A DNA stretch of 63,038 nucleotides from an uncultured Flavobacteriales bacterium (GTDB taxonomy: Bacteria; Bacteroidota; Bacteroidia; Flavobacteriales; BACL11), in contig CAJWCP010000003.1 in assembly GCA_913031595.1 (NCBI GenBank), forward strand, positions 1 through 63,038, in the 5' to 3' direction. The position numbers and the translations under genes were made by a program. This document shows positions 29,059 through 38,756 of this stretch, one piece after another. Each line of letters begins with the position of its first letter. Position 1 is the first letter of the stretch. Under the pieces are notes generated by a model. It worked only from the letters and a program-made list of their open reading frames with translations. It was not told the DNA's origin and did no database searches.

Positions 29059-30063
29059 ATGGATTTGAACGAAAGAATAGACGCATTTAGTAAGCTTGGT
29101 TACTGGCTTCATAAAGATTTTTTAAGAAATCATGAATCTGAAATAAGTAAAGCTATTTTAGTTAACCCTTGGTTCACAATTGATTCTATTGAAAAGGTTG
29201 TCCATATTTGGGCAAAACAGCTTACGCATAAAACACTTCTTTCTTGGCTATGTCGTTATAATATAAAAGAAAAAAGGAAAAGAGATACTGTTTTTGTTAT
29301 AATGGCTGGTAATATCCCTTTAGTTGGATTTCATGATTTTTTAACTGTTCTTATCTTAGGATGTAATATAGTAGTTAAGATGTCATCGAATGATAATGTT
29401 CTTTTGTCATTAATTATTAAAAAGCTGATAAAGATTAATAATAATTTTGCTGATAGAATATTAATTGTTGATAATATTACAGAAAAAAAAATTGATGCTA
29501 TAATTGCTACGGGAGGTAATCATTCTTCTAATTATTTCCATTATTATTTTCGTGATGTTAAAAAGATAATTAGGTCTAATAGAACTTCGTTAGCTATACT
29601 TAATGGTAAAGAAACTAGAGATCAGTTGGTTTCACTAGGAGATGATGTTTTTTCATATTTTGGTTTAGGATGTCGAAATGTATCTAAATTGTTTTTACCT
29701 AAAGGATTTGAATTAGATTGTCTCTTTGATGCGTTTTTTTCTTATAGGAAAGTGATTGATAATAGAAAATATATGAATAATTATGATTATAATAAAGCAG
29801 TATTTCTCCTTGGTAATAATACATTTATTGAGAACGGTTTTTTAATATTTAAAGAAGAAGTTTCTTTATTTTCTCCTGTTGCAGTTTTATATTATGAGTT
29901 TTATGATAACTTAAATTCTGTACATGAATTTATTATTAATAACAAAGATAATCTTCAGTGTGTAATTTCTGATTCAGATATTTCTTTTGGGTCAGCGCAA
30001 AACCCAAATCTTTGGGATTATGCAGATGGTATAGATACTATGGATTTTTTAAGTAAAATCTAA
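29059..30063 (+). CDS. Acyl-CoA reductase (LuxC-like family)
   Basis: NPWFT, IMAGNIPLVGFHD, IATGG, YFGLGCRNVSK catalytic Cys, L.DYADG.DT..FL. Confidence 0.88.
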   Translation: MDLNERIDAFSKLGYWLHKDFLRNHESEISKAILVNPWFTIDSIEKVVHIWAKQLTHKTLLSWLCRYNIKEKRKRDTVFVIMAGNIPLVGFHDFLTVLILGCNIVVKMSSNDNVLLSLIIKKLIKINNNFADRILIVDNITEKKIDAIIATGGNHSSNYFHYYFRDVKKIIRSNRTSLAILNGKETRDQLVSLGDDVFSYFGLGCRNVSKLFLPKGFELDCLFDAFFSYRKVIDNRKYMNNYDYNKAVFLLGNNTFIENGFLIFKEEVSLFSPVAVLYYEFYDNLNSVHEFIINNKDNLQCVISDSDISFGSAQNPNLWDYADGIDTMDFLSKI

Positions 30064-31514
30064 TTTTGAAATTCAAACACACCAATATCTGGATAGTTGT
30101 CTCTATTTTTACCTTCTAAATCTAATGTAACACTATTATTTGGGTCTCCAGAATCAATGGCAGGAGATTCTTCCTCCAAATGATAATTGTTATTTGAATA
30201 TTCGATAAATTGTGGAGGTTGATTGATTATACTGTTAGTGTAATATGAATTATTTGTATTAATCTGAGGGTCTAGTTTAATTATGCAATGGTTAAAATGA
30301 TAGTTAAATGTTGCTGATTCTTCTTCTTGGAAACTTATTTCAGTAGATAGGCTTCCGTCAATTATACAGTTGTTGAAGTTTGCATTTTCTAGATTTCGTA
30401 GCTGTATATTTCCATTTGCATCTTCATAATAATTATTGAGTAGAATAGATGGGGTAGAGCGGCCACTATAATTCCAGTGATTTGCAAAAGTGCAATGTGT
30501 GAAGTTATAATTCCCTCCAATATTACACGCTAATGTATATTGTCCACAGTTATTAATAAGTGTATTATTTGCATTAATACTAGCTCCTTGCCCTAATATT
30601 CCAATAGAAGACATGTTTTCTATTATGGTATTATTAATTATTACAGTTGGGTTATTATTGCTTACTGTATCTGCATGGATACCAATATTTCCATTTCGAA
30701 TAATAGCATAATTAATTTCATTATCTATGCTTCCTGGAGTTAGCCATATTCTGTCCCATTGTCCAGGTATATCTTGGTACCATGCATCTAATCTATCTCC
30801 TTGAAATGTGACTTCATTTCCTAATATTCCGTTTATTTTTATTGAACCTCCTGGAATTTCAGAAAATGGATTTCCTACAATAATGCCTGAATTTTTATGT
30901 AAATGTATGTCGCATCCTGCATTTATATTTAGTGTATTTCCTGGATCAATAATAGCGTATCCGTAGATAACATGTGGTTTATCATCTGTCCAATCAACAG
31001 AGCAATCAATTTTATGATATGGAAAAAGAATAGTGTCTTCTCCATTAATTATTTGTCCAAATTCATTTGGTGTATGAAAATAAGCATTTTGCCCCCAAGC
31101 TACTAGATCTACATCCTGTTTTCGCGCACCTGTTGTGAAGATTAAAGAGTCTGTTAATATGTAAGGGGTAGTAGTGCTATTTGGATTGATTGTTACTTCT
31201 AAGAAAATAAAAATACTGTCATTGGCTGGTATTTTTATATTACTTTGTTCACTTCCTGGAGTTCCATCTATATTTATTCTAAAATTTGCATTAGGAGAGC
31301 CCTCTTGTAAGTTGATATTAGTTAGAATATCAAAATTATTATTGTTGTAAACTGTTAATGTTTTTGTAACTGATCCAATGCTTGTAAATATTGTGTCAAA
31401 CATAATAGTATCATTAGAAAAATCTAGTTTAGCATTTGTATTCTCATTTTCTTCTTTTTTACAAGAAAAGATAGTTATTATAATAAGAGTGAAAAAAAAT
31501 ATTCTTTTTATCAT
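30060..31514 (-). CDS. Surface lipoprotein with Ig-like and right-handed beta-helix (choice-of-anchor Q-like) regions
   Basis: Lipobox IFSC+KKEENE; FS.DT..FDT.F; Asn-rich repeats; C-terminal YHL...SPAID.G...DL.G..R...PDIG.FE. Confidence 0.7.
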   Translation of the reverse strand: MIKRIFFFTLIIITIFSCKKEENENTNAKLDFSNDTIMFDTIFTSIGSVTKTLTVYNNNNFDILTNINLQEGSPNANFRINIDGTPGSEQSNIKIPANDSIFIFLEVTINPNSTTTPYILTDSLIFTTGARKQDVDLVAWGQNAYFHTPNEFGQIINGEDTILFPYHKIDCSVDWTDDKPHVIYGYAIIDPGNTLNINAGCDIHLHKNSGIIVGNPFSEIPGGSIKINGILGNEVTFQGDRLDAWYQDIPGQWDRIWLTPGSIDNEINYAIIRNGNIGIHADTVSNNNPTVIINNTIIENMSSIGILGQGASINANNTLINNCGQYTLACNIGGNYNFTHCTFANHWNYSGRSTPSILLNNYYEDANGNIQLRNLENANFNNCIIDGSLSTEISFQEEESATFNYHFNHCIIKLDPQINTNNSYYTNSIINQPPQFIEYSNNNYHLEEESPAIDSGDPNNSVTLDLEGKNRDNYPDIGVFEFQN

Positions 31515-31963
31515 AGTTGTTTTTTTATTTTTTCAATATCTCTTTTCTGATCTTTTTCTTTTAGAGATTGTCTTTTATCATGAATTTTTTTTCCTTTTGC
31601 TAATGCAATTTCTAATTTTGCTTTGCCTTTTTCATTTATAAATAAACGAAGAGGTATAATTGTATTTCCTTTCTCTATTACTTTCCCATGTATCTTATTA
31701 ATTTCATTTTTGTTCAATAATAGTTTTCTATTTCTTTTTACTTCATGATTTGCGTATCCACCATTATTGTATTCAGATATATGTAAATTTTTTACATAAA
31801 GTTCGTTTTGAATAAATACGCAGTGAGCATCTGATATACTTGCCTTATTCTCTCTGATTGACTTGATTTCAGTTCCGACTAGCATTATTCCGGCAACAAA
31901 CTTATTAATCAGCTCGTATTCAAAACTTGCTTTTCTGTTTTTTATATTTACTTGGTTTTTCAC
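31511..31963 (-). CDS. smpB: SsrA-binding protein SmpB
   Basis: NRKA...Y, AG..L.GTEIKS.R, RKLLL.K.EI, GKK.HDKR; GTG start. Confidence 0.96.
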   Translation of the reverse strand: MKNQVNIKNRKASFEYELINKFVAGIMLVGTEIKSIRENKASISDAHCVFIQNELYVKNLHISEYNNGGYANHEVKRNRKLLLNKNEINKIHGKVIEKGNTIIPLRLFINEKGKAKLEIALAKGKKIHDKRQSLKEKDQKRDIEKIKKQL

Positions 31964-32003
31964 TATACAAAGATAATTATTTAATGTAACGTATATTTGC
32001 TTA

Positions 32004-32068
32004 GTGTAAGTATAGCAAATGGCGTCTTTACTGATGTTAGAGTTAGGTTCTCATATCCTTAACTTTAA
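32004..32068 (+). ncRNA. Candidate small structured RNA (two hairpins) divergent from smpB
   Basis: Perfect -7 box TATATTTG (31992-31999) pointing into an intergenic gap; GGCGTC/GATGTT and AGAGTTAGG/CCTTAACTTT stems that pair better on + (G-U pairs). Confidence 0.35.
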
Positions 32069-32917
32069 TTACCCAAGTGATACGTCAAGTATCATCATTA
32101 TTGTGAATCCTAGAATTAGACCCATACTTGCTAAATCAGTATTTCCTCCTCTTTGGCTTTCGGGAATAACCTCTTCTACAACAATAAAAATCATTGCTCC
32201 TGCAGCAAAAGCAAGAGCATATGGCAGTATAGGGTAAACAGATATTACAATTGCTGCTCCAATGACTGCAAATATTGGTTCAACAATTGCAGATAATTGA
32301 CCCCATTGCCAAGATTTGAATTTTGATAAGCCTTGTCTTCTTAGTGGCATTGATACAGCGAAACCTTCAGGGGCATTTTGTAGCCCCATTCCAATTGCAA
32401 GAGCGATTGCTCCACCAATTTCAATGCCAATGTCCATTCCATGCGCAAGTGCTCCAAATGCAACGCCTACAGCTAATCCTTCAGGAATGTTGTGTAATGC
32501 TATTGCTAGAACAAGTAATTCTGTTTTTTTTAAATCAGTTTTAGGTCCTTCAGCATTTTCTATTTTTTCAAACAAATGTAAGTGTGGTACTTTTTTGTCT
32601 AAAAAGTAAAGAAATAGGGCGCCTAATAGAAATCCTATAGCAGGAGCAAACCATATAGGTAAATTTGTAATGCCTAATTCTTGTTGTTTTTCTACAGCGC
32701 TAATTGCGGGAGATAGGAGAGACCAGAAGCTGGCAGCAATCATTACTCCTCCAGTAAATCCTAACGCCATATCTAGTGTTTTTCGACTAGAGTTTTTAAA
32801 GAAAAAAACCAGTGAGGCTCCAAGAGCAGTTAGCCCCCAGGTAAAAAGACCTCCAATTAATGCTTGCAATATAGGGTTTTGTTCTATAAACCATTTATAT
32901 AGTTCGTGTTCTTGCAT
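32069..32917 (-). CDS. ZIP (ZupT/GufA-type) divalent metal transporter
   Basis: GVMIAASFWSLL.P, PHLH, LHNIPEGLAVGV, QNAPEG.AVS.P, AAGAMIF.VVEE.IPE. Confidence 0.92.
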   Translation of the reverse strand: MQEHELYKWFIEQNPILQALIGGLFTWGLTALGASLVFFFKNSSRKTLDMALGFTGGVMIAASFWSLLSPAISAVEKQQELGITNLPIWFAPAIGFLLGALFLYFLDKKVPHLHLFEKIENAEGPKTDLKKTELLVLAIALHNIPEGLAVGVAFGALAHGMDIGIEIGGAIALAIGMGLQNAPEGFAVSMPLRRQGLSKFKSWQWGQLSAIVEPIFAVIGAAIVISVYPILPYALAFAAGAMIFIVVEEVIPESQRGGNTDLASMGLILGFTIMMILDVSLG

Positions 32918-32920
32918 AGA

Positions 32921-33577
32921 TTATTCTTTTTTAATTAGTATGTGTTTTGCTGCTTCGTTGCTTAAGTGTTGTGTCAGCTTATTAATTTTAATATTAATTG
33001 ATTTGTCAAATGGGATATGTTTAATTACGGTTACTTGACTTCCAATTTGGATTTTTAATGCTGTTAAGTAGTCTAAGAATGGTTTATTATCAATATTAAC
33101 ACCCATTACAATACCATTTTCTCCTTCTTGTAATTTACTTAAAGGTTGTGTGTTTATTTTTTCTATTTTTCCATTAATACTAGGTATAGGTTCGCCATGA
33201 GGGTCAAATTTTGGAAAGTTTAAAAACTCATCTAATTTGTTAGTTAATTTTTGGGATTGAATGTGCTCAAGTTGTTCTGCTATTTCATGTACTTCTCCCC
33301 AGTCAAAATCAAGGTAGTGAAATAGGAAAGTTTCCCATAGTCTATGTTTTCTAAGAATATTAATGGCTTTTTTTCTTCCTTTTTTGGTAAGAGTAACTCC
33401 TTTATATTTTTTGTGTGTAATAAGTTTTTTTTCTTCTAATTTTCTCATCATGTCTGAAACAGAGGCAGCAGAAGTATTAGTTTCTTTAGAGATTTCATTA
33501 GTAGATACATTTTTATCTGTATGTAAGCTAATAGATATAATAGCTTTTAAATAGTTTTCTTCTGCTAGTGTTAACAT
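32921..33577 (-). CDS. mntR: DtxR/MntR-family metal-dependent transcriptional repressor with FeoA domain
   Basis: EENYLKAI, HTH, RKHRLWE.FL, VHE.AEQLEH, P.FDPHG.PIP. Confidence 0.88.
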   Translation of the reverse strand: MLTLAEENYLKAIISISLHTDKNVSTNEISKETNTSAASVSDMMRKLEEKKLITHKKYKGVTLTKKGRKKAINILRKHRLWETFLFHYLDFDWGEVHEIAEQLEHIQSQKLTNKLDEFLNFPKFDPHGEPIPSINGKIEKINTQPLSKLQEGENGIVMGVNIDNKPFLDYLTALKIQIGSQVTVIKHIPFDKSINIKINKLTQHLSNEAAKHILIKKE

Positions 33578-33609
33578 GTCGTAAAAATAATAATTAAATT
33601 AATATAAAT

Positions 33610-33635
33610 ATATTTTTAGACGTGTCTAAAAATAT
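33610..33635. promoter_or_regulatory. Putative DtxR/MntR operator
   Basis: Perfect 12-bp inverted repeat ATATTTTTAGAC-GT-GTCTAAAAATAT between divergent mntR and TonB receptor, abutting -7-like GATATTTG (33637-33644). Confidence 0.8.
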
Positions 33636-33658
33636 TGATATTTGCTTAAATTAAAATT

Positions 33659-35953
33659 ATGAGATTTTTTTTATTATTTTCATTAAATTTATTAGTGTGT
33701 GATATATCTGCTCAAGTGTTAAAAGGTTGTATTACGTCAAATGGGAATCAATTGGTTCCATTTGCAAATATTGTAATCGAAGAGTTAAATATTGGTGTTT
33801 CTGCAGATAAAAAAGGTTGTTATGAGTTAGATTGCGTGACTGATGGTGATTATAATGTTACTGTGTCGGCTGTTGGTATGCAGTTAACAAACCAGCTGTT
33901 TAGTGTTAAGAAAGGGGTTAATTTATTAAATATTGACATGCTTCCTTCTGTATATGATCTTGATGATGTTGTTATTACAGGAGAGAGAAGTCCTAAGAGA
34001 AAAACAGACTCTCCAATAATTGTGAATATTATTAATTCTGCACAATTGGAAAACGTTCAAGCGTGTAACTTGTCAGAGGGGTTAAATTTTCAACCAGGTC
34101 TTCGTGTTGAGATTGATTGTCAAACTTGTAATTATAGTCAATTAAGGATTAATGGTTTAGCGGGAGGTTATTCGCAGATTTTGATTAATGGTAGGTCTAT
34201 TTTTAGTTCTTTAGTTGCTCTTTATGGTTTAGAGCAGCTGCCAGTTAATATGATTGACAGGGTTGAAATAGTTAGGGGTGGTGGTAGTGCTCTTTATGGT
34301 TCTTCTGCAATTGCTGGTGTTGTAAATATAATCACTAAGTTACCATTAAAAAATAATTACAATATAGGTTATGATTATAGGCAAATTAATCGTGCTTCAA
34401 ACGATCATGTTTTTCGTGGAAATATGTCTTTTGTAAATTCTAATAAAGATGCTGGTATGGTGTTCTTTTTTAATAATAGGAAAAGAGCTTGGTATGATCA
34501 TAATGAGGATAATTTTTCAGAACTACCAAAGTTGCACGATATGTCTTTTGGTTCAAATTTTTATTTTATGCCTACAAAAAATCAAAAAATAGAATTTAAT
34601 GTCAGTAAATTAAATGAGTATAGATATGGGGGTGAAATGGTTGATGGTTTAGCGCATTTTTCATTACAAGCTGAAGAGAGATATCATGATGTTTTATTAG
34701 CTAATTTAGATTATCAACTTAACTCTAAGAATGGTAATTCATCCTTTATTGCTTATTTAGCTTTCCAAGATGCTAAGAGAGATCATTACACGGGTATTCG
34801 ACCTGAGTTAAACACATTTTCTGATACACTTCATCTTATTGATCCTCCATATGGAAAATCTTCTAATCGTACAGGGCAGGCAGGTTTTCAGTTAAGTAAT
34901 AAATTGAGTTTTTTAGGGTCAAATATTTTGACTATTGGGGGGGATTTTCTGGATGACAATGTATCTGATAAGATAGAGGTGTATAATTATCTGGTAGATC
35001 AAAAGGTGAATACATTAGGATTATTTCTTCAGTCGGATTGGAGTTTTTCAGATAATTTTAATGTTTTAAGTAGTGTTAGGTTTGATAATCATTCTATGTT
35101 GAATTCTATTGTTTTGAGTCCTAGGTTTTCACTTCTTTATAAGTTTAATGAGGAGGTTCAGTTTAGGTCAACATATAGTACTGGTTTTAGAGCTCCGCAG
35201 GCTTTTGATTCTGATTTGCATATGGCTTTTGCGGGCGGCGGAGTTTCTACAATAGATTTAGCAGATGATTTGATAGAAGAAACTTCAAATAGTTTAAGTT
35301 TTTCCATTAATTATGACAGGTTGAATAAAACATATCTCTTTGGTTTTACTTTAGAGGCTTTTCTTACTTCTTTAGATAATGTATTTTATTATGAATTTAT
35401 TGGTCAAAATGATTTTGGTGAACAGCTGTTAAAGCGAAATGGAAAAGGAGCGGTGGTTCATGGAGTAAATATAGAGTCAAGATTAAACTATGTGAATATT
35501 TTTAGAGTAGAGTCAGGTTATACTTTTCAAAAGTCAGAGCATGTGAGTCCAATTTTATATTCATCTGATTTATTGCCTAAAAAAGATTTTTTACGAAGTC
35601 CTGATAGTTACGGGTATGCTGCGATGAGTTATTTTTTAAACAAAAGTTTAAGTTTTAATGCTAATCTGGTTTATACTGGTAAAATGCATTTAATTCATCT
35701 TGCGGGGTCTCCTGAGCAAGAAGTTAATGAGTATTTTATTTCAGAACCATTTACCGTTATAGGTTTACGGGCATCGTATGTAATTAGTTTAGATGCGCAT
35801 GAAGGGGAGGTGAAGGTTAGTTTTGGTGTTAAGAATCTTACAAATGCTTATCAAGATAATTTTGATACTACTAAAAATAGAGATAGTAATTTTATATATG
35901 GGCCAGCCCTTCCAAGAACACTTTATCTAGGTCTTAATTGGAGTTTGAAATAA
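33659..35953 (+). CDS. TonB-dependent receptor, probably divalent-metal uptake
   Basis: N-terminal CarboxypepD_reg-like domain, LDDVVITG, plug with CQTC, IDRVEIVRGGGSALYGS.A.AGV.NIITK, C-terminal YGP..PR..YLGL. Confidence 0.9.
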   Translation: MRFFLLFSLNLLVCDISAQVLKGCITSNGNQLVPFANIVIEELNIGVSADKKGCYELDCVTDGDYNVTVSAVGMQLTNQLFSVKKGVNLLNIDMLPSVYDLDDVVITGERSPKRKTDSPIIVNIINSAQLENVQACNLSEGLNFQPGLRVEIDCQTCNYSQLRINGLAGGYSQILINGRSIFSSLVALYGLEQLPVNMIDRVEIVRGGGSALYGSSAIAGVVNIITKLPLKNNYNIGYDYRQINRASNDHVFRGNMSFVNSNKDAGMVFFFNNRKRAWYDHNEDNFSELPKLHDMSFGSNFYFMPTKNQKIEFNVSKLNEYRYGGEMVDGLAHFSLQAEERYHDVLLANLDYQLNSKNGNSSFIAYLAFQDAKRDHYTGIRPELNTFSDTLHLIDPPYGKSSNRTGQAGFQLSNKLSFLGSNILTIGGDFLDDNVSDKIEVYNYLVDQKVNTLGLFLQSDWSFSDNFNVLSSVRFDNHSMLNSIVLSPRFSLLYKFNEEVQFRSTYSTGFRAPQAFDSDLHMAFAGGGVSTIDLADDLIEETSNSLSFSINYDRLNKTYLFGFTLEAFLTSLDNVFYYEFIGQNDFGEQLLKRNGKGAVVHGVNIESRLNYVNIFRVESGYTFQKSEHVSPILYSSDLLPKKDFLRSPDSYGYAAMSYFLNKSLSFNANLVYTGKMHLIHLAGSPEQEVNEYFISEPFTVIGLRASYVISLDAHEGEVKVSFGVKNLTNAYQDNFDTTKNRDSNFIYGPALPRTLYLGLNWSLK

Positions 35954-36151
35954 TTTTTTGAAACTAAAAATTTACTTTTGTGAAGTATTTTTAGTTTATT
36001 TTGTATTAAAAAATCACACATTACAATATTAATTTTATTTTTTAATATAAAATATTTATTATCAATTATTTATAGATTTTATATAATCTATTAATTTAAT
36101 AATTAAACACTTAATTAAAAGGTTTATTTGTTTGAAAAGAATAAAATAAAT

Positions 36152-36178
36152 ATATTTACAGTTTACATATGTAAATAT
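36152..36178. promoter_or_regulatory. Palindromic putative autoregulatory operator of XRE regulator
   Basis: Perfect 14-bp palindrome TTTACATATGTAAA (36162-36175), nested in ATATTTACA/TGTAAATAT inverted repeat just before ATG 36185. Confidence 0.5.
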
Positions 36179-36184
36179 TTAGAA

Positions 36185-36478
36185 ATGATTAATAGATTGA
36201 AAAAATGGATGGATTATAAAGGTGTTATCCCTGCAGTTCTTGCTGATAAAATAGGTGTAAGCCGTGCAACTATTTCACATATATTGTCTGGTCGAAATAA
36301 GCCAAGTGTAGATTTTTTACATAAGCTTTTAGGTAATTTTCCTCAAATTAATGCAAATTGGTTGATCACAGGAATTGGTAGTATGCACTTAAATGATGCT
36401 AGAAATCAAAATAAAAAGAATATTCAAAAAGTATTAGTATTTTATGATGATAGTTCTTTTGAAGAAATAAACACTTAA
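36185..36478 (+). CDS. XRE-family helix-turn-helix regulator
   Basis: ADKIGVSRATISHILSGRNKPS.DF, WL.TG.G, C-terminal I.KV.VFYDD.SFEE; ATG 36185 preferred over ORF-track TTG 36128. Confidence 0.85.
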   Translation: MINRLKKWMDYKGVIPAVLADKIGVSRATISHILSGRNKPSVDFLHKLLGNFPQINANWLITGIGSMHLNDARNQNKKNIQKVLVFYDDSSFEEINT

Positions 36479-36516
36479 CAATTAAATAGCATTTTCTATT
36501 TTTGTAAAAAAAATAA

Positions 36517-37641
36517 ATGATATTATTAGGTACTGGTTATGCGCAAGATAGCTTATTAATTCTTTTCTTACTAGTTCTAATTTTATTTTGTTTTTCCTTG
36601 TTTAGCTATAAAATTATACGTGCATTCTTATTTCTTTTTGATCCTGAAAAGGCACATAACATTACCTTTCTTCTTTTAAAATATTTGCATAAACTACCTT
36701 TATTACCTTGGTTAGTAAGAAAAATTTATTATTTGAGTGATGAGAGATTAGAGAGAGAAGTATTTGGTGTGAGATTTAAAAATCCAGTAGGCTTAGCAGC
36801 AGGTTTTGACAAGGATGCTAGATTATTCGATGAGCTTTCCTCATTTGGTTTTGGTTTTGTAGAGATTGGAACAGTAACTCCTGTTCCTCAAGAAGGCAAT
36901 TCAAAGCCAAGATTATTCAGATTAAAAAATGATAATGCTATTATTAATCGTATGGGGTTTAATAATGAAGGGGTTGAATCTGTAATAGCTAGACTACGTA
37001 GAAAGAACACAAAAATTATTATTGGAGGTAATATAGGTAAGAACAAGGTTACACCTAATCATATGGCAGTGAATGATTACACGATATGTTTTGAAAAATT
37101 ATTTCCATATGTTGATTATTTTGTAGTCAATGTAAGTTCTCCTAATACACCTGGTTTAAGAGAATTACAAGAAAAAGAACCTCTTTCTCTTTTATTAAAT
37201 AAATTACAAATATTAAATTCCAAGAAAGAAAAAAGAAAACCAATTCTTTTAAAGATTGCACCAGATTTAACAAATAGTCAGTTAGATGATATTATTCAAA
37301 TTGTTGCTCAAACAAATATAGATGGAGTTATCGCAACTAATACAACGATTGAAAGAGGAAATCTTGAAACAAATAAAAGTAAGTTAGAAGTTATTGGATC
37401 TGGAGGTCTTAGTGGTTTACCTTTACATAAAAGATCAACAGATGTGATACGTTATTTGTCTAATAAATCAAAAAACTCCTTTCCTATTATTGGTGTAGGA
37501 GGTATTCACTCTGTAGAGGATGCAATGGAAAAAATAAATGCTGGAGCTGTTCTTCTACAACTTTATACAGGCTTTGTTTATGAAGGCCCTAGGCTTATTA
37601 AGAATATTAATAAGGAAATATTAAGTAGACATGCAAAATAA
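36517..37641 (+). CDS. pyrD: Quinone-dependent dihydroorotate dehydrogenase
   Basis: [47 protein letters not shown]. Confidence 0.95.
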   Translation: MILLGTGYAQDSLLILFLLVLILFCFSLFSYKIIRAFLFLFDPEKAHNITFLLLKYLHKLPLLPWLVRKIYYLSDERLEREVFGVRFKNPVGLAAGFDKDARLFDELSSFGFGFVEIGTVTPVPQEGNSKPRLFRLKNDNAIINRMGFNNEGVESVIARLRRKNTKIIIGGNIGKNKVTPNHMAVNDYTICFEKLFPYVDYFVVNVSSPNTPGLRELQEKEPLSLLLNKLQILNSKKEKRKPILLKIAPDLTNSQLDDIIQIVAQTNIDGVIATNTTIERGNLETNKSKLEVIGSGGLSGLPLHKRSTDVIRYLSNKSKNSFPIIGVGGIHSVEDAMEKINAGAVLLQLYTGFVYEGPRLIKNINKEILSRHAK

Positions 37642-38485
37642 GGTTAAGATTATTGAGTGTCCTAGGGATGCTATGCAGGGTATTGTTGAATATATTCCTG
37701 TAGATGTAAAAATAAAGTACATTAATGAATTATTAAAGGTGGGGTTTGATACAATTGATTTCGGAAGCTTTGTTTCTCACAAGGCTATACCTCAGTTAAG
37801 AGATACTGAGCAAGTTTTAGATGGTCTAGATCTAGGCGGTAAATCTAGTAAGCTGCTTGCTATTGTTGCAAATAAAAGAGGAGCAGAGAAGGCATGTGGT
37901 TTTAATGAGATTGATTATTTAGGTTTTCCCTTATCTGTTTCTGAAGAATTTCAAAAAAGAAATACAAATAAAAGTATTAGTGAAGCTTTGCTTGAAGTTA
38001 AAGAAATGCAAAATTTATCTCTTAAAAATAATAAGCAATTAGTTGTGTATTTATCAATGTCTTTTGGAAATCCATATCAAGAATATTATCATTCTGACAT
38101 TGTTGCTGAGTTGGTTAGTAAACTTAATGCTATAGGTGTTGATATCATATCTCTTTCTGATACAATTGGCGTCTCAAATAAAGAAAATATAGCCATTATT
38201 TTCTCAACATTAATCAGTGAATTTAATCATATTGAGTTTGGCGCTCATTTTCATACTAAGGCTGACGAATCTCAAGAAAAATTAGAAGCTGCTTTTGTGC
38301 AAGGATGTAGAAGATTTGATACAACTATAATGGGTTATGGAGGGTGTCCTATGGCTAAAGATGTGCTTGTAGGCAATATGCCTACTGAGCATTTAATTAC
38401 TTTTTTACATAAAAAAGGGCTAAAGACTTATATAGATGAAAGTGTTGTGCAAAATATTGTTAAAAACATGTTACTATATTTTTAG
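37631..38485 (+). CDS. Hydroxymethylglutaryl-CoA lyase family protein
   Basis: [43 protein letters not shown]. Confidence 0.88.
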   Translation: MQNKVKIIECPRDAMQGIVEYIPVDVKIKYINELLKVGFDTIDFGSFVSHKAIPQLRDTEQVLDGLDLGGKSSKLLAIVANKRGAEKACGFNEIDYLGFPLSVSEEFQKRNTNKSISEALLEVKEMQNLSLKNNKQLVVYLSMSFGNPYQEYYHSDIVAELVSKLNAIGVDIISLSDTIGVSNKENIAIIFSTLISEFNHIEFGAHFHTKADESQEKLEAAFVQGCRRFDTTIMGYGGCPMAKDVLVGNMPTEHLITFLHKKGLKTYIDESVVQNIVKNMLLYF

Positions 38486-38525
38486 TTATCTATTGATTGA
38501 AATTTATTTTTTTTTCATATTTGCA

Positions 38526-38690
38526 TTGTACATAAGTGCATCAGTAATGATGTTAAAAGGGAAACAGGTTAGATTCCTGTGCTGTTCCAGCAGCTGTAAA
38601 GTTCGTTTTTTTTAGTTACTACAATATCACTGTTGAAAAATGGGAAGATAAAAACTAAAGAACTAAGCCAGAAAACCTGCTTATTACAAA
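38526..38690 (+). promoter_or_regulatory. Cobalamin riboswitch
   Basis: AAAAGGGAA-ACAGG-TTAGATT-CCTGT, GCAGCTGTAA, TCACTG...TGGGAAG, B12 box AAGCCAGAAAACCTGC; P1 TTGTACATAAGT/GCTTATTACAA; GCATCA-GTAA-TGATGT hairpin; upstream -7-like CATATTTG (38516-38523). Confidence 0.9.
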
Positions 38691-38756
38691 CTGTTATTGA
38701 ATATCTCTGGATAAGATATTGATGTTGTTAAATTATTAATTAAAAATTACACTGTT

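Noticed and set aside
29059-30063. Bioluminescence (luxC)
   Set aside because: No luxAB/D/E nearby; stand-alone acyl-CoA reductases of this type are ordinary in Bacteroidota
32004-32068. tRNA or tmRNA next to smpB (GGTTC...ATCC resembles a T-arm)
   Set aside because: No acceptor stem, no CCA, wrong loop sizes, far too short for tmRNA
32019-32237. 72-aa + ORF downstream of the orphan promoter
   Set aside because: Mostly antisense to the conserved ZIP C-terminus and has no recognisable motif; an RNA interpretation is preferred
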